A stretch of 28,315 nt of DNA from Kofleriaceae bacterium (GCA_046597055.1 JBKJLC010000032.1:1-28315); one strand, 5' to 3'; shown: positions 1 through 8,598, counted from the stretch's first letter. Notes: a model not told the origin generated them from the letters alone. Made by a program: numbers and translations.

Positions 1-258
1 TGAGACCCACGGCCTCGACGCCGCCGATCCGCCGCCCGCGCGGCCGCCTTCCCGCCGCCGCCGCCGCCCGACGCGCTCCGCCGCCACGTCCTGACTCCGA
101 CGGCCGCGCCGGCACCAAGCCGTCGGCGTGGCCGACCTACGCGCCCACCGGTCGACTGTCATTTCTCTACGGATCCCGGTGGCCGTCAACACAGGTATCA
201 ACCGACCGTGCGGGCCGCGTTAGTCCACACCTCCTTGCTTGGCTTCTGCCATACGCCG

Positions 259-330
259 GCAGACCTGATGGTGTCAGCCCTGATGGTGTCAGCCACCGGC
301 TCGCAGACCTGACGGTGTCAGCCACCGGCT
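259..330 (+). repeat. Three tandem REP-like units upstream of the transposase, core CCTGAYGGTGTCAGCC(ACC)
   Basis: CCTGATGGTGTCAGCC at 264-279 and 279-294, CCTGACGGTGTCAGCC at 308-323. The imperfect palindrome GGTGTCAGCCACC is exact at 285-297 and 314-326. Confidence 0.8.
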
Positions 331-500
331 AAGACCGGCCGGCCCAGCGACCAGCGGGCCCAGTCCTCCATCTCGGCTCGACCCGCGACCCCGTGCTTGA
401 CCCGACCGACCTTGCGGCCGGCGGCTGGACATGTGTCCGCCATCCGGCCACCGCTGTCCGCTTCACGGACACGCCCACCGTCCGGTCACGAGGATGGCGC

Positions 501-516
501 GGGCACATAGGTTGCT
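501..516 (+). promoter_or_regulatory. Putative sigma54 (-24/-12) promoter of the transposase
   Basis: GGGCACATAGGTTGCT has exact GG-N10-GC spacing and resembles TGGCAC-N5-TTGCW. Predicted start site is about 527, 2 nt before the ATG at 529. Confidence 0.55.
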
Positions 517-528
517 TAGCAGCGGGCG

Positions 529-2577
529 ATGGGCCATCCGCTTCGCTGGTACCTGCCGAACGTCGTCTACGAGGTCACCAGCCGCACCGTGCAGGAGCGA
601 TTCCTGCTGGTGCCCGGACCCGAAGCCCGCGACCTGATCTTGGGCGTCCTGGGTCGCGGACTCCAGCTGTTCCCGCATGTCCGGCTCCACGCCTTCGCGT
701 ACATGTCCAACCACGACCACCTGCTTGCATCGAGCGACGACGGTGAGCAATTCGCGCGGTTTGTCGGCTACATCAACGGCAATGTGGCTCGAGAGATTGG
801 ACGGCTCCACGGGTGGCGCGGCCCCTTCTGGGCGAGACGAGCGCGTCCGATCCCGATCCTCGACGGGGACGCCATCATCGCTCGGCTGCGCTACATCATG
901 TCGCAGGGGGTGAAGGAAGGCCTCGTGCGGTCGCCGCGCGAGTGGCCAGGCGCGTCCGCGGTGCCCGGCCTGCTCGGCGAGCCACTCGAAGGCGTCCGCG
1001 TCAACCGAGAGCTCGCGAGACGCGCTCGTCACGGCCGCGGCAATGTGAGCGGCGAGTCTTGCGCCGAGCGTATCGCCGTGCCTCTCACACCGATTCCTCC
1101 ATGGGCGCGACTTCCCCGCGCCGCACTGATCGCTCGCCACCTCGAGTTGGTCGAGAGTATCGAAGACGAGGCGGACGCTCGCCCTGCAGGTCCGGCGTCG
1201 GTTCAGGCCCGTTCGCCTCTCGAACGGCCAGTTGAACCCGCACGCCGCAGCGCACCCGCGTGCCACGCGTCCAGCTGTGCAATCCGCGAGGACTACAAGC
1301 ATGCGTATCGGTCGTTCGTGAACAGCTTCCGAGCGGCCGCGGCACAGGCTCGCGACGGCCTCGCGGACGCAGCTTCGAGGTTTCCGGTCGGGTGCTTTCC
1401 ACCCGGGGCCCGCTACGTACGGCCGACCGGCGAGCGCCCGGTCACCTGGCTGCCTCCGGGCACCGCTTGGAGAAGGCCTGATGGAATCGCCTGGGGCGTG
1501 ACCGCGCGCGCCGGCGAGGCGCGCCCCCGATATCCAGCCGACCCCGCGGACCCGCGCGAGGAGGTCAAGGGCGCCTCGCTACCACAGCGCCGCGAACGCA
1601 GCCTGCGCGCCATCCAGACCGTGGTGTTTCGCCAGGAACTCGGCGCTGGACGGCACCATCGCGGCCAGTCGGCGCAGTCCGTGCCTTCCGTACTCGGCGC
1701 TGATCCAGCGCTCGAAGAAGTACGGCTCTTTCGCGAGCAACCCGGTACCTCGCACCGCGCGGACACCCGCCAGCACCGAGACAAGGCCTGCGCCACTCCG
1801 CGCGCTCGTCAGGTACACTGGGCGGTCGGCCTCCGGCGAAGCGAGCCGGAGCCGGCCGCGCAATCCATGGTAGGTAGTGGTCGCCGCGTCTCCGAGGTCA
1901 CCTTTCGACACGACGAAGGCATCCGGCACCTCCATGATGCCAGCTTTCATGAACTGCACATGATCTCCGCCGTGCGGCTGCAGCACGAGAAACGTGGCGT
2001 CCGCGATCCGGACAATCTCGATCTCGCCCTGCCCGATGCCGACAGTCTCGACCAGCACGGTCGAGAAGAGCCGCACGAGCAGCCGGCAGACGTGGTGCGT
2101 TGCTCTGGCCACGCCGCCGGGTACGGCCGCCGAGGCCTGGCTCCGGAAATAGAGCCTCGACTCGCCCGGCGGGAACCGCACGCGTGTGCGATCTCCGAGC
2201 AGAGCCCCCCCGGTCAGGGGGCTCGACGGATCGACGGCGACGACCGCCACTCGCTCGGCCGGATCCTCGATCAGCCGGACCGCAATCTCGCCAACCAGGC
2301 TCGACTTGCCGACGCCCGGTGCGCCGGTGAACCCGACCACGCGCCCTCGCTCACGAAGGTCCGCGTCCAAGCCAGCGAGGAGTCGCTGGCGAACGACGGC
2401 CGCCTCGGGTCGATCGTCCTCGAACCGAGTCACGAGTCGAGCGATCGCGCGCTTGTCCGCGCCCCGCGCATCCTCCAGCAAGGAGAGCTCGTCGCTCTCC
2501 AGCCTCACGGGCGGCGTCCGTCGCCCGATGTCTCGATCACGTCCATGATGCGGACCATGACCTCGCCAAGCTCGTAG
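529..2577 (+). CDS. HUH/Y1 transposase, REP-associated tyrosine transposase (RAYT)-like; recognisable part is about the first 300 aa, the rest is antisense to meaB
   Basis: YEVTSRT near the N-terminus, AFAYMSNHDHLL (HUH-like), GPFWARR, LRYIMSQGVKEGLVRSPREWPG (candidate catalytic Tyr), and FPVGCFPP. The true C-terminus is uncertain. Confidence 0.8.
   Translation: MGHPLRWYLPNVVYEVTSRTVQERFLLVPGPEARDLILGVLGRGLQLFPHVRLHAFAYMSNHDHLLASSDDGEQFARFVGYINGNVAREIGRLHGWRGPFWARRARPIPILDGDAIIARLRYIMSQGVKEGLVRSPREWPGASAVPGLLGEPLEGVRVNRELARRARHGRGNVSGESCAERIAVPLTPIPPWARLPRAALIARHLELVESIEDEADARPAGPASVQARSPLERPVEPARRSAPACHASSCAIREDYKHAYRSFVNSFRAAAAQARDGLADAASRFPVGCFPPGARYVRPTGERPVTWLPPGTAWRRPDGIAWGVTARAGEARPRYPADPADPREEVKGASLPQRRERSLRAIQTVVFRQELGAGRHHRGQSAQSVPSVLGADPALEEVRLFREQPGTSHRADTRQHRDKACATPRARQVHWAVGLRRSEPEPAAQSMVGSGRRVSEVTFRHDEGIRHLHDASFHELHMISAVRLQHEKRGVRDPDNLDLALPDADSLDQHGREEPHEQPADVVRCSGHAAGYGRRGLAPEIEPRLARREPHACAISEQSPPGQGARRIDGDDRHSLGRILDQPDRNLANQARLADARCAGEPDHAPSLTKVRVQASEESLANDGRLGSIVLEPSHESSDRALVRAPRILQQGELVALQPHGRRPSPDVSITSMMRTMTSPSS
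1579..2508 (-). CDS. meaB: MeaB/ArgK-family GTPase chaperone of the B12-dependent mutase
   Basis: GFTGAPGVGKSS P-loop, VAVVAVDPSSPLTGGALLGDRTR, VETVGIGQGE, QFMKAGIME. GTGA start/stop overlap with the mutase gene. Confidence 0.92.
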   Translation of the reverse strand: MRLESDELSLLEDARGADKRAIARLVTRFEDDRPEAAVVRQRLLAGLDADLRERGRVVGFTGAPGVGKSSLVGEIAVRLIEDPAERVAVVAVDPSSPLTGGALLGDRTRVRFPPGESRLYFRSQASAAVPGGVARATHHVCRLLVRLFSTVLVETVGIGQGEIEIVRIADATFLVLQPHGGDHVQFMKAGIMEVPDAFVVSKGDLGDAATTTYHGLRGRLRLASPEADRPVYLTSARSGAGLVSVLAGVRAVRGTGLLAKEPYFFERWISAEYGRHGLRRLAAMVPSSAEFLAKHHGLDGAQAAFAALW

Positions 2578-4538
2578 TCGGACGGCGTGAAGACCGCCCG
2601 CACCCCCAGGGCCTCGAGCGCCGCGATGTCGGAGCGAGGGATGATGCCGCCGACGACGACCGGGATATCGCCGCCACCCGCCGCCCGCAGCGCCTCAAGG
2701 AGTTGGCGGGTCAGCTCGATGTGGGACCCTGACAAGATCGAAACGCCGATCAGGTTCGCGTCCTCCTCGACCGCGCTCGCCGCGATCTCCTCCGGCGAGA
2801 GCCGGATGCCCGAGTAGACGACATCGAAGCCTGCATGACGGGCGGCGACCGCGATCACTTCGGCGCCGTTCGAGTGGCCATCGAGGCCCGGCTTGCCAAC
2901 GACTAGTCGCGGCCGGTGGCCGTGGGCGAGCGCGAAGGCCTCGATGCGCGCGCGAAGCCCGGACGTGCGATCGGCGCCCATCTCAAGGACCTGGCCATCG
3001 ACGCCCGTCTGCGCCCGGTACTCTCCGAACGCCTGTCGGAGCGCGTCCGCCCACTCACCCGTGGTGACACGCGCGAGTGCACACTCGATCGACGGCTCCA
3101 TGAGGCTGACACCCGATCGTGCGGCCTCACCCAGGCGGGCCAACGCGGCCTCCACACGAGCCGGGTCTCGGCGGCGACGCGTCTCCTCAAGCGCTTGCAG
3201 TGCCTCGTCGGCGGCCGCTGGATCGCCGCGGAACACGCCGCCGTCATCCCCCCCTACGAGGGGCGACGGAAGCGCATCGGTCCATCGGTTCACCCCGACG
3301 ACGACTTGGTCTCCGCGGCCGATGCGAGCCACACGCTCGGACATCGAGCGGACCAGCGCCCCCTTCATGTACCCCGAATCGATCGCCGCGCGAACCCCGC
3401 CCATCGCGAGGATCCGTTCGATCTCCGCCCGTGCGCCATCCGCGATCTCATTGGTCTTGGACGTGATCACCGGGCTTCCATCGAAAAGGTCCGGGTATTC
3501 GAGCAGGTCGCTCTCGAACGACAGGATCTGCTGGAGCCGCAGCGACCACTGCTGGTCCCACGGCCGCGGCAGGCTCATGGCCTCGTTCCACGTCGGGAGC
3601 TGCAGCGCACGGCATCGCGCCTTGCGCGACAGCGTCACCCCAAGCGCCTCGATCATGATGCGCCAGGCGTTGTTCTCGGGCTGAGCCTCGGTGAGCCCCA
3701 GCGAGTTGACCTGGACACCGTAGCGGAACAACCGCAGTTTCGGGTCGGTGACACCGAAGCGGGTGGACGTGATCTCGTCCCACAACTCGGCAAACGCACG
3801 CATCTTGCACATCTCTTCGACGAACCGGATGCCGGCGTTGACGAAGAACGAGAGCCGACCGACGCATCGCGCGAAGGCTGCTTGATCGATGCGGCCGCGG
3901 GACCGGATGAGATCGAGTGTGCCGATCGCGTTCGCCAGCGCGAAGGACACCTCCTGGACTGGCGACGCGCCCGCCTCTTGCAGGTGGTAACTGCAGACGT
4001 TGGACGGGTTCCACTCCGGGAGCCGGTCGACACAGTATTCGTACGTCTCTGCAATCAGGCGAAGCGAGTGCTCTGGCGGGAAGATGTAGGTTCCCCTCGC
4101 AAGGTACTCCTTGATGATGTCGTTCTGGGTCGTGCCACGGAGCTGCGTCTCAGGAACGCCACGCTCGCGCGCCAACGCGACGTAGAGCGCAAGCAGCCAC
4201 ATTGCCGTGCCGTTGATCGTCATCGACGTGTTCATGCGCTCGAGCGGAATGCCCTCGAAGAGCACGTGGAAATCGTCGAGAGAATTGATGGGAACGCCGA
4301 CCTTGCCGACCTCGGGTCGTGCGATCACCGCGTCCGACGAGTAGCCGCACTGGGTCGGGAGATCGAAGGCGATCGACAGCCCGGTCTGCCCGCGCTCCAG
4401 GTTGGCGCGGTAGAGCGAGTTGGAGGCCCGGGGGCTGGAATGGCCCGCATAGGTGCGGAAGATCCAGGGCTGGTCGCGGGTAACCTCCCCCTTGGCGTCG
4501 GCGAGCTGGTGGGGAGCAGGACGGCGAGGGGTGGACAT
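2505..4538 (-). CDS. ecm: Ethylmalonyl-CoA mutase (protein MeaA), adenosylcobalamin-dependent
   Basis: PWIFRTYAGHSS (Ecm/MeaA-type, versus RQYAGF in methylmalonyl-CoA mutase), GQTGLSIAFDLPTQ, GTTQNDIIKEY, and a C-terminal B12-binding domain with KPGLDGHSNG (DxHxxG). Confidence 0.88.
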   Translation of the reverse strand: MSTPRRPAPHQLADAKGEVTRDQPWIFRTYAGHSSPRASNSLYRANLERGQTGLSIAFDLPTQCGYSSDAVIARPEVGKVGVPINSLDDFHVLFEGIPLERMNTSMTINGTAMWLLALYVALARERGVPETQLRGTTQNDIIKEYLARGTYIFPPEHSLRLIAETYEYCVDRLPEWNPSNVCSYHLQEAGASPVQEVSFALANAIGTLDLIRSRGRIDQAAFARCVGRLSFFVNAGIRFVEEMCKMRAFAELWDEITSTRFGVTDPKLRLFRYGVQVNSLGLTEAQPENNAWRIMIEALGVTLSRKARCRALQLPTWNEAMSLPRPWDQQWSLRLQQILSFESDLLEYPDLFDGSPVITSKTNEIADGARAEIERILAMGGVRAAIDSGYMKGALVRSMSERVARIGRGDQVVVGVNRWTDALPSPLVGGDDGGVFRGDPAAADEALQALEETRRRRDPARVEAALARLGEAARSGVSLMEPSIECALARVTTGEWADALRQAFGEYRAQTGVDGQVLEMGADRTSGLRARIEAFALAHGHRPRLVVGKPGLDGHSNGAEVIAVAARHAGFDVVYSGIRLSPEEIAASAVEEDANLIGVSILSGSHIELTRQLLEALRAAGGGDIPVVVGGIIPRSDIAALEALGVRAVFTPSDYELGEVMVRIMDVIETSGDGRRP

Positions 4539-4737
4539 CGGGTTCCACTATAACGGATGTGACGCGCTGCGGCACCGCGAACGAAGCGTCATGGCCACGG
4601 CGGGAAGATGAGGCACCGTCGGGCGACCTGGCCGCCACGACTGCGTGCACCTCCGCGGCCCGGTGACAACGGCGCGTGCCTCGCACGTTATCACCGCGTC
4701 AGCGTCTCCAGGTTTCGCAGGATGCCGGATGGAGGAC

Positions 4738-5155
4738 GCGGTCGGGTGGCCGGCGCTCGGGTGGCGGCCGGCGCTCGGGTGGCTGACACCGGACCGTTGC
4801 CGGCCGGCGCTCGGGTGGCTGACACCGGACCGTTGCCACCGTACCGTTGCCACCGGACCGTTGCTGGCTGACACCGGACCTTTCCACGGGTGGCCGGTCA
4901 CGGGTGGCTGACACCGGACCGGTCGGACACCGGACCGGTCGGACACCGGGGCGGTCGCTGACCCCAGGGCGGTCGGGCTGGCCGCGCTCGGGCGGCTGAC
5001 GGACACCAGGGCGGTCGGGCTGGCCGCGCTCGGGCGGCTGACGCCCATCCGGCGACGGGTGGCTGACACCCGAAGCTCCCGAAGCTGACACCCGAAGCAG
5101 GCAGGTGTCATTCACCCGGCGGTCACGGGCGGCCGACACCATGTCGGTCAGACGT
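4738..5155 (-). repeat. Mosaic REP-like repeat array 2
   Basis: GGTGGCTGACACC (reverse complement of the unit at 285-297) is exact at 4778-4790, 4814-4826, 4903-4915 and 5058-5070. It is interleaved with duplicated blocks such as GGCCGGCGCTCGG, GGACCGTTGC and GGGCGGTCGGGCTGGCCGCGCTCGGGCGGCTGAC. Confidence 0.85.
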
Positions 5156-5163
5156 ATGGTCGG

Positions 5164-5916
5164 TCATGGTCCGAAGACGTCCCAGGACAACTTGGCCACC
5201 ATCGCAAGGGCGATCGTGACGGCTCCAGCGCGCACCACCGTGGCGCCTCGGGTGATCACCACATGAGCGCCAACGAGGCCCCCGAGAAACTGACCGATGG
5301 CCATGGGTAGGGAGACCGACCAGACCACGAGGCCTTGGCTGGCAAAGAAAATGACGGCGGCCAGGTTCGACGCAAAATTGACGACCTTCGCGTTCCCGCT
5401 GGCTGCGACCGGTGGGTCACCAAGCCACCAAAGAAAACTGACGATGAGCAGCGTGCCCGTTCCCGGGCCGAAGAAGCCGTCATAGAAGCCAATCGCCAAC
5501 GCGATCGCTGCGGCGAGCGCGAGCGGACGCCGCGCGCTCTTCGCGACGGCGGGTCGCGGCACCATGACCAGCACCGCCGCCGCAACGAGGAGCGCGATGA
5601 GCAAGGGTTTCAGCGCCCCGGGGTCGACGAGCGAGACCAGCACCGCCCCGGCGAGGGAGCCGGCGAAGCCTGCTGCGAAGCTCGTGAAGCTGCGGCGAGC
5701 AGCGAGGTGCCCGGCTCTGGCGAATCGGAGCGTTGCAGCCCCAGACCCGAAAACCGACTGACCCTTGTTCGTGCCCAAAGCGAGGTGCGGAGGGAGACCG
5801 GCATAGAGAAGCGCCGGCAACGTCAGGAGGCCACCGCCGCCCGCGATTGCGTCGATTCCCCCCGCGAAGAGGGCGACAACCGCCAGCGCGACTGTCGCCC
5901 CAAGGCCAAGATCCAT
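5164..5916 (-). CDS. TSUP (TauE/SafE, YfcA-like) membrane transporter, 250 aa
   Basis: AGGIDAIAGGGGLLTLPAL, ALGTNK, IGFYDGFFGPGTG, AKVVNFASN, many hydrophobic helices. Start reassigned to ATG 5916; the upstream ORF extension is translated repeat. Confidence 0.92.
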   Translation of the reverse strand: MDLGLGATVALAVVALFAGGIDAIAGGGGLLTLPALLYAGLPPHLALGTNKGQSVFGSGAATLRFARAGHLAARRSFTSFAAGFAGSLAGAVLVSLVDPGALKPLLIALLVAAAVLVMVPRPAVAKSARRPLALAAAIALAIGFYDGFFGPGTGTLLIVSFLWWLGDPPVAASGNAKVVNFASNLAAVIFFASQGLVVWSVSLPMAIGQFLGGLVGAHVVITRGATVVRAGAVTIALAMVAKLSWDVFGP

Positions 5917-5940
5917 GCGGCATCGTACGTCTCCTCCCAC

Positions 5941-6460
5941 CCGGTGGGTGACACCGGTCGACGGGTGAACCGGACGGGTGGGTGACACGGGTGACACCGG
6001 TCGACGGCTGGTGGGTGACACTGGTCGGTGGGCCGACTGCCCACCGGTGACACCAGTCGGGTCGACGGGTGACACCGGTCGACCGGGTGACACCGGTCGA
6101 CCGATGGGTGACACCGGTCGACGGTCGGGTCGACGGGTGGGTGGGTGACTACCGGTCGACGGTCGGGTCGACGGTCGGGTCGACGGGTGGGTGACACCAG
6201 TCGACGGGTGACACCAGTCGACGGCACCCGGATGGCTGGCACCCGGCACCCGGCACCCGGCACCCGCAGCACCCGGCACCGCACCCAGATGGGTGGCACC
6301 CGGCACCTGCACCCGGCACCTGCACCCGGCACCTGCACCCGGCACCTGCACCTGGCACCTGGATGGGTGACATCTGGCACCGCACAGATGGGTCACGCCC
6401 GGTCGGCGGCGCACGGCCGACCGGCGCCGGCCGACCGGCGCCGGCCAACCGGCGTGGCCG
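5941..6460. repeat. Mosaic REP-like repeat array 3
   Basis: Many GGGTGACACCGGTCGAC and GGTGGGTGACACC units (for example 5943-5955, 6186-6198), variants GATGGCTGGCACC, GATGGGTGGCACC and GATGGGTGACATC, then tandem CCGGCACCTGCAC and GGCCGACCGGCGCC units. Confidence 0.85.
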
Positions 6461-6545
6461 GCGGACGGGGGCGTGCGGCCGACGGGCGCCCCGTCCGCCC
6501 GGGCGCGGGCCGGCGGGTGGGCGGGAGACTGGTACGCTGCGGGCG

Positions 6546-8000
6546 ATGTCCGAGCTTGGTCCGGTGCCTGCCTCGATTGCGGCTGCCTACGATGCGGAGC
6601 GCTTCCGGGAGGAAGGGCATCGGCTGATCGATCGGATGGCCGATCGGCTGGAGCAGGCGACGGGGCGGGATGAGGAGCCGGTGCTGCCGTGGCTGGCGCC
6701 CGAGGTCGTGGTGGCGGGGTGGGCGACCGAGTTCTCGGACGAGCCGGTGGAGGATCTGGTCGACTGCCTGGAGCGGACGGCGGCGGGCTCGATCCGGCTG
6801 CACCATCCGCGCTACCTGGGGCACCAGGTCCCGCCGCCGGTGCCAGGGGCGGCGCTGGCCGACGCCGCGACCGCGCTGCTCAACAACGGCATGGCCGTGT
6901 ACGAGATGGGCGCCGCCGCCACCGCGCACGAGCTCGCCGTGGTCGCGTGGATGGCGCGCACGCTCGGCTTGCCCGCGGGGGCCGGCGGCCTGCTGACGTC
7001 GGGCGGGTCGGCGGGCAACCTCACCGCGCTGCTCGCTGCGCGCCAGGCCATGGCCGGCTTCGACGCCTGGACCGACGGTGCCCATGCGGGCCCGCCGCTG
7101 TGCGTCCTGGTCGCCACCACCGCGCACTACTCGATCGCGCGCGCCGTGCGTGCGCTGGGCTGGGGTGACGGCGGTGCGGTGGCGGTCGCGGTCGACGAAC
7201 GCTGGCGGCTCGATCCCGCTGACCTGGCGCGCGCGCGGGCAGCGGCCATCGCGGCCGGGCGCCGGCCGATCGCCGTCATCGCCTGCGCGGGCTCGACCGC
7301 CACCGGCGCGTTCGATCCGCTGGAGCCGATCGCCGACTTCTGCGCGGCCCACGAGCTGTGGCTGCACGTCGATGGGGCCCATGGCGCCGCGGCAGCGCTG
7401 TCGCCGACCCACCGGCATCTGGTCCGCGGGATCGAACGGGCCGACTCGGTGGTCTGGGATGCCCACAAGCTGCTGGCGCTGCCGGCGCTGTGCACCGCGG
7501 TCCTCTACCGCGACGTCGGTCGGAGCTACGAGGCGTTCGCCCAGGAGGCGTCGTACCTGTTCGCCCCCGAGCGCGAGTGGTGGAACCTCGGGCTGCGTAC
7601 GCTCGAATGCACCAAGCGCATGATGGGGACCATCCTCTACGCCAGCCTGCGCGCCTACGGGGTCGGCTTCTTTCGGGACTACGTCGAGCGCGCGTTCGCG
7701 CTCGGACAGGCGCTGGCGGCCCGGGTGACCGCCGCGCCCGACTTCGAGCTGGCGACCGCGCCCGATGCTAACATCGTGGTCTTTCGATACCGTCCGGCTC
7801 CCGGACAGACGGGCGCCGATCTCGACCGGCTCCAGGCCCGGGTCCGCCGGCGCTGTCTCGAGGCGGGCCGCTTCTACTTCCTGCAGACCCGCCTCGGCGA
7901 GGCGCTGTGGTTGCGCAGCGCGCTGATGAATCCGCTCAGCACCACCGCCGACCTCGACGGCATGCTCGACGCGATCAGGGCTGCCCACGCCGCCGACTGA
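6546..8000 (+). CDS. Group II PLP-dependent amino-acid decarboxylase (diaminobutyrate/aromatic amino acid decarboxylase-like); substrate unknown
   Basis: LHHPRYLGHQ, TSGGSAGNLTAL, AHYSI, GSTATGAFDPL, WLHVDGAHG, DSVVWDAHK (PLP Lys). Start at ATG 6546 follows an extended -10 TGGTACGCT. Confidence 0.9.
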   Translation: MSELGPVPASIAAAYDAERFREEGHRLIDRMADRLEQATGRDEEPVLPWLAPEVVVAGWATEFSDEPVEDLVDCLERTAAGSIRLHHPRYLGHQVPPPVPGAALADAATALLNNGMAVYEMGAAATAHELAVVAWMARTLGLPAGAGGLLTSGGSAGNLTALLAARQAMAGFDAWTDGAHAGPPLCVLVATTAHYSIARAVRALGWGDGGAVAVAVDERWRLDPADLARARAAAIAAGRRPIAVIACAGSTATGAFDPLEPIADFCAAHELWLHVDGAHGAAAALSPTHRHLVRGIERADSVVWDAHKLLALPALCTAVLYRDVGRSYEAFAQEASYLFAPEREWWNLGLRTLECTKRMMGTILYASLRAYGVGFFRDYVERAFALGQALAARVTAAPDFELATAPDANIVVFRYRPAPGQTGADLDRLQARVRRRCLEAGRFYFLQTRLGEALWLRSALMNPLSTTADLDGMLDAIRAAHAAD

Positions 8001-8001
8001 A

Positions 8002-8133
8002 AGGTGTCGAACCATGCGCCCTGGGCATGGCTCGACACCTCGGAAGTCGCGAGTCTGCGAGCGACGATGCCGTACAGGCGCAGCTGGCACGTCGATCGAC
8101 AAGAGGTGTCGAGGCTTTGGTCGACACCTCTTG
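8002..8133. repeat. Two long hairpins sharing AGGTGTCGA...TCGACACCT arms
   Basis: 8002-8040 is a 16-bp stem with one mismatch and a 7-nt loop. 8100-8133 is a perfect 13-bp stem CAAGAGGTGTCGA/TCGACACCTCTTG with an 8-nt loop. Confidence 0.8.
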
Positions 8134-8598
8134 AGCCGCGCGAGCGAGGCGGCCATCATGTCCGCATGGAGCAGGCGCGAGCTCCGGCCGCGTCCGACTG
8201 ATCAAGGCCGGGACCGCGAGCATCACGCGCGATCGGGGCGCGCGGTGTGCCCGACCGGCCCTCGACCTGGCGGCGGTGCGCGATCGCCCCGATGCCGACG
8301 AGCAACGTGCGCGAGCGGGTCGCTGCGACAGTTCATGACCGAGATGCGGCTGCCGCTCTCGCCGGTCCCATCCCCCACATCCCCCACCCTTCCGGCCTGA
8401 GCCACCGGCGGCCGCCCGGATCTCTCGCGAGGCCGACGCGATGTGACACTGGCACTCTCGACCCAGGCCACACACGGCGGCAACGTCCAACACAGGACGG
8501 CGATTGACCTCCACGCGCCTCTACTCGGAGGTTCCGCAGGTACAGTGACAGCTCGACCGACTCATCCAGAGCCAGTCAAACACCCACGGAGCATCCAG

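Noticed and set aside
1..258. Possible gene fragment at the left edge
   Set aside because: Low-complexity CCG-rich sequence with no recognisable protein in any frame.
4560..4730. Cobalamin riboswitch upstream of ecm
   Set aside because: The GCCAC...GGGAAG-like words are on the wrong strand, the full architecture is absent, and a -10 box sits 8 nt from the ATG.
4548..5142. ORFs inside repeat array 2, and the ORF-track N-terminal extensions of TSUP (5917-6414) and the decarboxylase (6363-6545)
   Set aside because: Low-complexity translations of repeat DNA; family similarity begins at the downstream ATGs.
4738..6460. CRISPR array interpretation of the repeat tracts
   Set aside because: Units are about 13 nt and irregularly spaced, the intervening sequences are themselves repeated, and no cas genes are visible.
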